NCBI RefSeq assembly: GCF_009914755.1
Contig: NC_060948.1
DNA: 64,000 nucleotides
Direction: 5' to 3' (one strand)
Origin: the human T2T-CHM13v2.0 reference genome, Homo sapiens
This document shows, piece after piece, positions 52,301 to 64,000 of the stretch. The translations under genes and the position numbers were made by a program. The notes beneath the pieces are model-generated. The model made no database searches, was not told the DNA's origin, and saw only the letters and a program-made list of their open reading frames with translations. Each line of letters starts with the position of its first letter. The first letter of the stretch is position 1.

Positions 52301-53327
52301 CAGTTGCAGCCATGTTGAGACTGATGCTGAGGTGGACCCCAACTGTCATGAGCAACACCCATCAAACACAGCCACCCCCCTTGGGACAGACCAAGAAGCT
52401 GCCATAGATGGCAGAAGAAAACCTGAGGGAAGCAGGACAACCAGTCACAATGAATAATTTAATGGTAGCTATGATAGCGGTTATCACCACTGCCGTGAGT
52501 ATTCCTTCAATAAGGGCTGGTAATAATGTCTGGATGCAATCACTCTCACACAGCTACACATGCTTTCTGATCTCAGTATTTACCATAATAAATCTGCTCC
52601 TATAATTGGGGCATACCACCCTCGAAAACCTATTTGTAAACAGGATTGGACCCAGTTTGGAAAAAATGAAAGCACTTGTTTAAGAAGACTGCTTTACAGA
52701 ACAGGCAGAGGTGTTGCACAACAATTCCTATGGAATCATTATTAATTGGTCCCCTAAGGGGATGTTTAGCTTAAATTGCACATCTCAGTCTGCGTGCCAT
52801 GATCACACTATGTTCAAATGATCTGAACAAAATGGTCAGATGGTAGAAATGATAAGAAGTGTGGCAAAAGTTCCTATTATCTGGAACCATGGCGGTATAG
52901 TGGCACCTCAACCTCAAATGACATGGCCCGCTCTAGGAGCTAAACATAAGGATTTGTGGAAATTATTAAATACTCTTAATAAGATCAAAACTTGGGCAAA
53001 AATAAAAAAGCATCTAAAAGGACACTCAACAAACCTGCTTTTGGATATAACAAAATTAAAAGAACAAATATTTAAAGCATCCCAGGCACACATGACCTTA
53101 ATGCCAGGAATTAAAATACTTAAAGGAGCTGCAGATACATTAGCAACTAGTAAGCCATTTAAATGGATAAAAACACTTGGAAGCTCTGTGATTTCAATGA
53201 TGATGGTGCTTTTTATCTATGTTGTTTGTATAGTCTGCAGATGCAGATCCCGACTCCTGCGAGAAGTAGCTCACCATGACAAAGCTGCCCTTGCTTTTAC
53301 CTTTCTGCAAATCAGAGAAGGGAGAAA
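52300..53327 (+). pseudogene. env: HML-3 env remnant, internally deleted
   Basis: Signal-like NNLMVAMIAVITTAVSIP; short SU piece joined to TM piece KKHLKGHSTNLLLDITKLKEQIFKASQAH; only ~1 kb. Confidence 0.75.
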
Positions 53328-53839
53328 TGTTGGGAGCAAGCCCCCCAAAATCTGGCCATAAACTGGCCCCAAGACTGGCCATAAACAAAATATCTGCAGC
53401 ACTGTAACATGTTCATAATGGCCTTAATGACCAATCTGGAAGGTTGTGGGTTTATGGGAATGAGGGCAAGGAACACCTGGCCTGCCAGGGTGGAAAAACA
53501 CTTAAAGGCATTCTTAAGCCACAAACAAAAGCATGAGCTATTCATGCCTTAAGGGCATGTTCCTGCTGCAGTTAACTAGCCCAACCTATTCCTTTAATTC
53601 AGCTCATCTCTTCGTTTCCCATAAGGGATACTTTTAGTTAATTTAATATTTATAGAAACAATGCTAATGACTGGTTTGCTGTTAGTAAATACGTGGGTAA
53701 ATCTCTGTTTGAGGCTCCCAGCTCTGAAGGCTGTGAGACCCCTGATTTCCCACTTCACACCTCTATATTTCTGTGTGTGTGTCTTTAACTCCTCTAGCAC
53801 CACTGGGTTAGGGTCTCCCCTACCTAGCTGGTCTCAGCA
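53328..53839 (+). promoter_or_regulatory. MER9 3' LTR
   Basis: TGTTGGGAGCAAGCCCCCCAAAATCTGGCCATAAAC...GCTGGTCTCAGCA; preceded by PPT AGAGAAGGGAGAAA. Confidence 0.88.
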
Positions 53840-54663
53840 ATTCTGAGCCATACATGAGTGACAGAGTCAAGAGTTCCTGAGAACATCTGCCCAAGGTGGT
53901 TGGGTTGCAGTTTAGTTTTATACGTTTTAGGTAGACAGAAGTTATACACAAAGTCATAATTCAATAAATGTAATGTATACATTTGTTCAGCCTGGAAATA
54001 TGAGTCATCTCCAGGCAGGGTTTTCCAGATCATAGGCCAATTCAAAGATGTCCTGATTGACAATTGGTTAAAAGAGTTAAGCTTTTTCTAAAGAGTTGAA
54101 ATCAGTGGAGAGAAATGCTTGAGTTAAGGGGGTTACAGAAGCCAAGGTTCTTGTTACATAGATGAAATCTGTAAGTAACATGGTTCAGAGAGAATAGGTG
54201 GTAAATGTCTCACTTTTCAGGGCTTAAATGTCAGACAGTTAAATCTCTCAGGATCAGGGAAAGAAAGGGAAAGAAATTTCCTAAAAAATGAACATTTGTT
54301 TCATGAGCAATGGCTTTGCACAGCCATTTCAAAATATGTCAAAGAAAATCTATTTTGGAATAAAGTACTTTAATTTTATTTAGGGTCTGCAATCTGTCAT
54401 GTGATGCTATGCCAGAATCACAGTGGAATTTGGCATCTTATTGCCACAAACTGTCCATTTTGTCAGTCTTATGAGCTCTGTTTTAGCCCTAGGTCAATGT
54501 ATCTAAGCTCCAAAGGGAATGGGTATAACAAGGCCTGTCTGACACCTTCCAATCATGTCCTGAACTCGTTTTTCAGATTTTTTTTGAGGGGTATCCCTTT
54601 GGGCAAGAGAAGATGGGGTCTATTCAGTTGATTGAGGATTTAGAATTTCATTTCTGTTTTACA
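53840..54663 (-). mobile_element. MER4-family LTR, host of the HML-3 insertion
   Basis: CCTGAGAACATCTGCCCAAGGTGG matches the reverse complement of CCACCTTGGACACATGTTCTCAGG at 61202; ends TTTTACA. Confidence 0.75.
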
Positions 54664-55852
54664 GTAGCAATAGAACCTTAATGACTACTCCATGGTCTGC
54701 AAAGTTACAACTCTAATTTGGATGTATCTGGATTCATGTAAGTACTTCCCAAATGAAAAAGTCACTAGGAGAATAGCAGAGGGAATTAGAGGTTGCCATT
54801 GATAACAAAGGATGCAGATAGAAATTAGGCAATCTTAGAATATCACAGAATGTCACTGTTTTTTTCAGTAGCTAACTCAATATCTGGCACATACAATGCA
54901 TGAAATAAATATTTATAAGTTGACATTTAGAAGACTAAATGCTTAACATATTATGCTAATTTTCATAAATCAGAGAAAAATCAAATTGTTATACAAATAA
55001 GAACTGCAAAATAAACTGTTTCAAAAATTCTGTATTTTTAACTATCACAATTTTTCTTCAGCACAATAATTTTATGATAAAAGACACTCTATTTATTGAT
55101 TAGAAAAGTCACAGATTTTTCTTTTTCTGTGTAGCTGTTAATAAGATAAAATAATTTAGCTATTATAATTAACCAAAAAATCTAAGACTGCCACAAACTC
55201 TGGACTTATCTGAAGATTATTAATAGGATGCTTATTAATAGTGGAAAAATAGCATCTCTGAATTTACAGATTAGACCTTCAATGTGTGCATTTTCCAAGT
55301 TTATTAATTTATATTATAAATTTTGTGTTGAAACAATTCAACGTTAGTGATTATTGCCCCAATGAATGCCTATTTTTGAATATTTTAATGATTTGTAATA
55401 GCAAATAAATTTGGAATTATTAACAAATGTAGGATAAACATGTCTCAATTATAAGATTTTGATTATAGCTATGAGTCTATATGATGTTCAGATAATCTCT
55501 TTAACTCTTTGGTTCAGTTGGACACAGTGGATTGAACCCCTAATCCTAGCACTTTCGGGGGCCAAGCGGGTGAATTGCTTGGACCCAGGATTTCAAGAGC
55601 AGCCTGGACAACAGAGTGAGACCCCATCTCTAAAAATTGATGTTTCTCATAGCTGTTTCTCATGACTGAATATTAACATTAGCAACAAATTGCCAAAAAG
55701 TAGATCATTACCAATATTCCCTTCAAGCTCACCAAGTCTCTATTTTCTTCCAGTGACAGTTACAGATAGATACAGAGATACATAAAATATAAAGAATCAA
55801 AAGTTACAATCTAAAATGATTTTTATAGATGACTATTAACATTGTTGCTTGC

Positions 55853-56134
55853 GGACAGGCATGGTGGCTCATGCCTATAATCCCAGTACCCTGGGAGGCT
55901 GAGGCAGGTACATAGCTTGAGGCCAGCAGTTTAAGACCAGCCTGCCCCACGTGGTAAAACCTCCTCTCTATTGAAAGTACAAAAATTAGTTGGGTGTGGT
56001 GGCATCTGTAGTCCCAGCTACTTGGAGGCTGAGATGGGAGGATCCCTTGAACCCAAGAGGCAGAAGTTGCAGTGAGCTCAGATCATGTCACTGCATTCCA
56101 GCCTGGGCAACAGAGCAAGATCCTCTCCTCAAAA
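55853..56134 (+). mobile_element. Alu (S-like); a FLAM-like monomer lies upstream at ~55515-55635
   Basis: Dimer; TSD-like AACATTGTTGCTTGC / AAAATTGCTGCTTGC. Confidence 0.88.
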
Positions 56135-56917
56135 AAAATTGCTGCTTGCAAAAATGACACTAATTAACAGTATTAGAAAAGTTTTATATTACAACAGTGT
56201 CGTGTGTATATATATTATTTATAGTTTATATATTCTTTATGTTACTTTCCTACACACAGACACAATCAGTCCCATTTGTCTTGTGCGTTCAAGCAGGAAA
56301 CCTCAGAGCATGTATTAAGAATTAATGATAAAGTCTGTATTAAAAAGCATTAGTCTTCAATCAATTGAATTTAAACTTGGGGTTCACTGGTCGCATTCTA
56401 GGAATAACTTATGTAACTAATTGTAAACTTCCAGTGGAAGGGAAGAAAGACAAAAAGACACAAGTTGCATTTATCCTACACATTCAATTAATGTTTGGAC
56501 ACATTTAAAGATCTGAAAAGCAGTATCTTTATTTTGTTTAGAGCTATATCTTCAGTAGCAACAACCATGGTTGGCATTTAGTAGTCCATATATATTTGTT
56601 GAAAAGTTGACTAGTTTGAGGTATTAAACTCATGACTTGAGTCACTGGCATAATCTCAGTGTGATGATACATTTTTATCCTCAGTCAGGTGATACCAGAA
56701 AGACATAGTGGCATTTATTACCTTACCCATGTTGTTGACTAATTATATGAGTGAAACCTCTCTAGCAGTAATTCATGCTACATTAATAACTGTTGTCATT
56801 AATCAAATTGTATTGATTACAAGCATGTTTAGTAAACCTCAGAAGCTAGTTGCTCCCCTACTCCACCATGTTACACAGAGCAGCTGTGTGGTTTCTCTTA
56901 GAAAGGTTGAAGAAGTT

Positions 56918-57501
56918 CAGGTACAGTGGCTCATGCCTGCAATCCCAACATTTTGAGAGGCCCAGATGGGAAGATTGATTGAGGCTAGGAATTTGATATC
57001 AGCCTGGACAACATGGAAAAACCCGATCTCTATAAATAAATTAAGAAATTACCTGGATATGGTTGCACAGACCTGTAGTCCTAGCTACCTGGGAGGCTGA
57101 GGTAGGGGGACCTCTTGAGCCCAGGACCTTGAGGCTACAACGAATCTTGATTCTGCCACTGCACTCAAGCCTGGCAACAGAGTGAGGCCGAGAGAAGGAG
57201 AGAGAGAAAGAGGAGAGAGAGGAGACGGAGAGAGGAGAGAGGAGAGAGAGAGAAGGACAGAGGGAGGGAGGGAGGGAAAAGAGAGAAAAAGAAAGAAAGA
57301 AAGAAAGAAGGAAAGGAAGAAAGAAACAAAGAAAGCAAGAAAGAAAGAAGAGAGAGAAAGAAAAAGAAAGAAAGAAAGAAGGAAAGAAAGAAAGTAAGAG
57401 AGGGAAAAAAGGAGAAGGAAGGAAGGAAAGAAGTAAGGAAGGAGGGAGGGAAGGAAGGAAGGAAGGAAGGAAAGAAGGAAGGAAGGAAGGAAGGAAGGAA
57501 A
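56918..57501 (+). mobile_element. Alu (J-like) with GA-rich tail at 57190-57501
   Basis: CAGGTACAGTGGCTCATGCCTG...GGCAACAGAGTGAG then purine tract. Confidence 0.88.
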
Positions 57502-58084
57502 CGGAATAAAAAACACAAACCAACAAATAGTAAACACATTTGTCCAAGGTGTTACAGAACTGAAATGTAGAATCTACATTTACAAGTATACACTTTCAAG
57601 TATACAACTGCTTTCCCATGGAGATTTGTTCCTTTACTAAATATGTTGGATTCTGGTGCTAAATGTCAAAGCAATGGCTGTTCTTGTGTTTAATAGCCTT
57701 GGTTGAAGGGTAATGTAGTGAGGGAATCCTTTCCAACACAAAAATATAGTTGGTTGACTGCCAACTTCAAAATACATCTTTTCAATCTTGCTCCTTTGTA
57801 GGATTTGTTTAGGTTCCATTTGTACCAGCTGGGGAAGGAAAAAAATATTATTAATTAATTAATTTATTTATTTATTTATTTTTTATTTTTTTTGCTTGAA
57901 ACTGATTTGAAATTCCATATTCTCTGAGGAATATGTGAAATTTCTGTCAAGCAGAGCTATTTCATTCAATCTGTTATCCCTGTGAATTTCTCAGAGAAAA
58001 GGGTTAGTTCTTTACCATGTAGAACAGCAGGATTCACAGAAGCATTTTACATGAAAAGTGACATGTTTCATCAAAAAACCACAC

Positions 58085-59240
<1,156 letters not shown>

Positions 59241-59746
59241 AAAAATTTATTTAAATAAAGAGTAAATAAGAATACTCATTTGTAAATATGTAAGTAGGCT
59301 GTAATTACCATTGCTACCAAGTACTTCTTTAGACAAAATCAACAGTTGGTCCTGAATTCTCACTTCTATAAGGAAAATTTTTAAAGAAAAGAGTTGTTGA
59401 AAGTGTATCTTAAAAATTAAAATATCATTAAGTTAGTCAGGGTAGCTAAAAATGAGAACACTTGTTTTGCTTTGGTTTTATGTTTAGTGTACACCAAGAA
59501 CATTTGTCTTTTTTTTTTTTTAACTTGTTGTTTATTCCCAGTGATATTTTAAACCTGCTTGGATACCATGAGAAGAAAATCTAATTAAATAAAATTGAAA
59601 ATTATTTTTAAAATATATAGTGTTGTTTTTAGTGTGATTTGGGCATTAAGTTTCTTGTTTTTGCTTCTTTTTTTGTTTTGCTTTAATCTGAAAAGCATGT
59701 TAACTCCTCAAAATCAGAGGTCATTTGGAAGGAATTAAAAAAGGCA

Positions 59747-60071
<325 letters not shown>

Positions 60072-60527
60072 TTATGAATAAAAATATAATCTTCAAAAAG
60101 AAGAGCAAATGGCTGTGGCTTTCAACTCCAGTGGCTACGGGCTATGAATGGAGAAAACTATGAAAGAGCAGGGAAATTTTATTTGGCTTTGTATCCACAC
60201 ACAATTTGAATCCTTTAAATATATTTAGAGAGGAAAAACATCTACTATAAAACAGTCATTCAAAATGTAGTAACTTCTTTTCTATTTTTATAAAGCCTCT
60301 TTTATGTGCATTTATTTTCTACAGCTTACAAAATATTGCTTGAGATTTGAAAAATAAAATATATGTTTCTAAACTTTAGGTATAATTTTAATGCAATTCA
60401 TATACATTAAAGTCATTTTTTTTTTACTCATTCATATCTTTCCCTCTCTTTGCCTCATACCATATATCTAAAAGTTAACTGCTTATAGAGGCATCTTCAC
60501 TCTCCCATACCCTAAGTTATTTTTCCA

Positions 60528-60725
60528 AGAGCTGCACTGTCCAACACAACTATTTGAAATTATTCAAATGTTCTATTTTTGGCTGTCTAATATGGTAGCC
60601 CCACTAGCCATGTATGGCTACAGAACACTTGAAATATAGCAATTATAACTCAGATACTGAATGGTTAGTTGTTATTCATTTTAATTAACTTAAATTTAAA
60701 ATGTAACATATGTCTAATGACCACT
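60528..60725 (+). mobile_element. MER3-like hAT fossil, interrupted by an LTR
   Basis: GCTGTCTAATATGGTAGCCCCACTAGCCATGTATGGCTA...ACTTGAAAT; resumes CATATTGG at ~61328. Confidence 0.65.
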
Positions 60726-61326
60726 GTAAACCAAAAATAAAATTCTAAGGGCACAAACCATCTGAAGGGACTTCCTCCTCAGCTAGAACACCATTAATCT
60801 GAAAGATTTGTTCAGGCTCTGATGGAAAGTGGGGGTCAAATATGCCTCATTATACCTCTCTGGCATTAACATCAACAGACCTTAAGTCTGATAAGAAGAA
60901 TTTACAATCTATTCTTTCTGAAGCCTGCTACTTGGAGGCTTCCTCTACATCATAAACCTTTGGACTCCAGAAGTTCTTATCACAATGCAGACATTTCCTT
61001 TCTATTGATCCCAAGTCTTCACATAAGCTCAACCAATTGTCTACCAGAAAAATTTAAATCAGCCTATAACCAGGAAGCACCCCCCTACTGGCCTTGCTTT
61101 GAGTTGTCCTGCCTTTCTGGACTGAACAGTTGTCTTTCTTAAATCTATGTGATTGATGTCTAATGTCTCACTAAAATATATAAAACCAAGCTGCAACCCT
61201 GCCACCTTGGACACATGTTCTCAGGACTTCTCTGGAGGGCTGTGTCACAGGCCATGGTCACTCATATTTTGCTCTGAATAAATGTTTTCGAATATTTTAT
61301 AAAGTTGTACTCTTTTCATCAAATCA
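60726..61326 (+). mobile_element. MER4 (E-like) solo LTR
   Basis: TGTAAACCAAAAATAAAATTCTAAG start; GAATAAA at 61276; ACTCTTTTCATC end. Confidence 0.8.
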
Positions 61327-61431
61327 GCATATTGGGCCCCCAAGTCTGGCCAAGACCTTCCTCCATTTCTTTACTCAATGTTTTGTTTTTATCAGGAATG
61401 GCACTGTTACAGTCTCACCAATGCTCCACAA

Positions 61432-61975
61432 TGTAACAGTCTCTTATTGTGAGTTATCACTCAGAGTTCTTTGTCTCATGACTAAGATAATTAAGGATTG
61501 TGCACACAAAGAATGAGGTTGAAGTGAAACTTCAGTAAGCAAAAGAGGAAAGCTCTCTGCTGCAGAGAGGAGGCCCACAGGAGTGTTGTCATTTTAACAA
61601 TTGAATGCAAAGTCTTTTATAGAAAACTAATGAGGGCTGGGCATCTCATTTGCATAGGGCACAAATTTCTGGTAGCTCTATCCCATCCTCTTAATGCACA
61701 CGTGGGGACTTAGCTCGAGTTACTCCATATTGTTTTGTACCATTTACTAGGCATGTATCAGGGATGGAATTTCCACTGGATGCATGTCTAGGCAAGTCTC
61801 CTGTGTAGCCTTTCTTATCTGTGTGGCTGTGAGCATGTCTTTGGCAAGCCCCTGTGCAACTTTCCTTATCTGTGCCTGCAGGCAGTTCTTTCATTTCAAA
61901 GAATTCAACTGAGGACCAACCTTAATTGCCTGCCTGACTGTTTTTTCCTTTCTCCTCTTGCACCCCCTTTCATTA
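61432..61975 (-). mobile_element. ERV1-class solo LTR, family uncertain
   Basis: GAGTTCTTTGTCTCATGAC...AAAGCTCTCTGC...reiterated GGCAAG(T/C)C(T/C)CCTGTG...CTTATCTGTG. Confidence 0.55.
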
Positions 61976-62474
61976 CTTCACCTACCCAAATAGAGCTTAT
62001 CTTTAAATATTCCATAGTGTATGTTACCTGCTCCCTATTTATTTTTCTCCTTTGTAGCCCCAAACATTGTCCCTCTCCGACATACACAATTTTTATTTAC
62101 ATTTGTTTTCTCCCTTACATGTATCTTACATCATCTTTTCCCTTCTATACATTAGTTTAGGAAAGGAAGTTTTTGGTACAAATGATAATACTTGTGTCTT
62201 TGTAGTGAGTTAGAAAAATATATAATTACATTTTAATGACTAAGGCATGAGATCCTTGGTGAGCCTGCTTGGATTGAGATATCAGAAAAACCACTTACTA
62301 ATTATATAGCTGTAAAACGGGTTCACCTTGCCCCCTAACTAGACAGAGCCCATTTATAAAGACAGGGGAATTGCAGTGGAGAAGGAGTAATTTATGCAGA
62401 CCTGGCCATGCAGGAGACCGGAAGTTTCTTTTTACTGATATCAGTCTTCCTGAGCATTAAGGGATCAGGGTTTT

Positions 62475-62820
62475 GTTTTGTTTTGTTTTGTTTTTTGCTT
62501 TTTTGTTTCATTTTGTTTTTTGTTTGCTTGTATGTTTTGAGATGAAGTCTTGCTTTGTCATCCCTGATGGAGTGCAGTGGCATGATCTAGACTTACTGTA
62601 CCCTCTGCCTCCCAGGTTTAAGGGATTCTTGCACCTCAGCCTCCCAGGTAAGTGGGATTACAGGCATCCACTACATTGCTTTTTTTCCCCTTTGTATTTT
62701 AAGTAGAGACAGACTTTCAGCATGTTGGCCTGGCTGGTCTCAAGCTTCTGGCCTCAAGTGGTCAGCATGCCTTGACCTCCCAAAGTGTTGGGATTATAGA
62801 TGTGAGCCACTGCATCCAGC
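62475..62820 (-). mobile_element. Alu with (TTTTG)n tail
   Basis: TSD-like GGATCAGGGTTTT / GGATCAGAGCTTT. Confidence 0.88.
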
Positions 62821-63139
62821 AAGGATCAGAGCTTTTAAGGATAATTTGGCAGGCAGAGGCTCCAGAAGTGAGGAGTGCTAATTGGTCAAGTTGGAGATGG
62901 AATCATGCAGGGTTTCAGTGTGATTTTCTTGCTGTCTTGTGTTCCTGGGTGGGATGGCAGAACTGGTGGAGCCAGATTAACTGTCTGAGTGGTGACAGCT
63001 GATCCATCTAGTGGAGGGTCTGCAAAATATCTCAAGCACTGATCTTAGGTTTTACAATAGTGATTTACCACTATGAGCAACTTGGGTAAGTTCAGGCTTT
63101 TGGAGCCAGAGGATATATGGCCTCCAAACTGTATTTTCT

Positions 63140-63944
63140 TTTCTTTTTTTTTTATTATTATACTTTAAGTTTTAGGGTACATGTGCACAATGTGCAGGTT
63201 AGTTACATATGTATACATGTGACATGCTGGTGCGCTGCACCCACTAACTCGTCATCTAGCATTAGGTATATCGCCTAATGCTATCCCTCCCCACTCCCCC
63301 CACCCCACAACAGTCCCCAGAGTGTGATGTTCCCCTTCCTGTGTCCATGTGATCTCATTGTTCAATTCCCATCTATGAGTGAGAATATGCAGTGTTTGCT
63401 TTTTTGTTCTTGCGATAGTTTACTGAGAATGATGATTTCCAATTTCATCCATGTCCCTACAAAGGACATGAACTCATCATTTTTTATGGCTGCATAGTAT
63501 TCCATGGTGGATATGTGCCACATTTTCTTAATCCAATCTATCATTTTTGGACATTTGGGTTGGTTCCAAGTCTTTGCTATTGTGAATAATGCCACAATAA
63601 ACATACATGTGCGTGTGTCTTTATAGCAGCATGATTTATAGTCCTTTGCGTATATACCCAGTAATGGGATGGCTGGGTCAAATGGTATTTCTAGTTCTAG
63701 ATCCCTGAGGAATGGCCACACTGACTTCCACAATGGTTGAACTAGTTTACAGTCCCACCAACAGTGTAAAAGTGTTCCTATTTCTCCACATCCTCTCCAG
63801 CACTTGTTGTTTCCTGACTTTTTAATGATCACCATTCTAACTGGTGTGAGATGGCATCTCAGTGTGGTTTTGATTTGCATTTCTCTGATGGCCAGTGATG
63901 GTGAGCATTTTTTCATGTGTTTTTTGGCTGCATACATGTCTTCT
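63140..63944 (-). mobile_element. 5'-truncated L1PA2/3-like element
   Basis: TTATTATACTTTAAGTTTTAGGGTACATG 3' end; ORF2 C-terminal 191-aa frame at 63362-63937. Confidence 0.93.
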
Positions 63945-64000
63945 AATCTTGTAGCTAATTTGTTAATCCTAAAAAGGCAGAATGGTCCCAGGCAAAAAGC

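Larger units (their letters stand above)
49622..53839 (+). mobile_element. 5'-deleted HERV-K(HML-3)/HERVK9 provirus
   Basis: dUTPase C-terminus (GEHIAQLLIVP, GGFGST), betaretroviral RT ([26 protein letters not shown]), RNase H, integrase (WQMDVTH, TDNAPGY, WGRGYA), env remnant, PPT and MER9 LTR. Confidence 0.88.
62311..64000 (-). mobile_element. LTR8-like LTR interrupted by an Alu and an L1
   Basis: AGACAGGGGAATTGCAGTGGAGAA; TCTGCAAAATATCTCAAGCACTGATCTTAGG; resumes AATCTTGTAGCTAATTTGTT at 63945. Confidence 0.8.

Overview
Repeat-dense primate genomic DNA, almost certainly human because it carries AluYa8 and AluYb8 elements. I see no supportable cellular protein-coding exon or RNA gene. Nearly all listed ORFs are retroelement remnants or simple-repeat artefacts. 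Main contents: (1) a full-length two-LTR HERV-E (LTR2-family) provirus at 5866-15086 with decayed gag, pro-pol and env and an AluY in env; (2) two neighbouring 5'-inverted (twin-primed) L1PA insertions with clear target-site duplications (29482-34845, 36906-39430); (3) a 5'-deleted HERV-K(HML-3)/MER9 provirus (49622-53839); (4) about ten solo LTRs, about 30 Alus, old L1M, MaLR and hAT fragments, and several microsatellites. I found no new biological system. The strongest signal is that the HERV-E provirus looks G-to-A hypermutated in the APOBEC3 pattern, rising from gag toward env, while the HML-3 element in the same window does not. Family names come from recalled consensus sequences, not database searches. 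Boundaries of old repeats are approximate.
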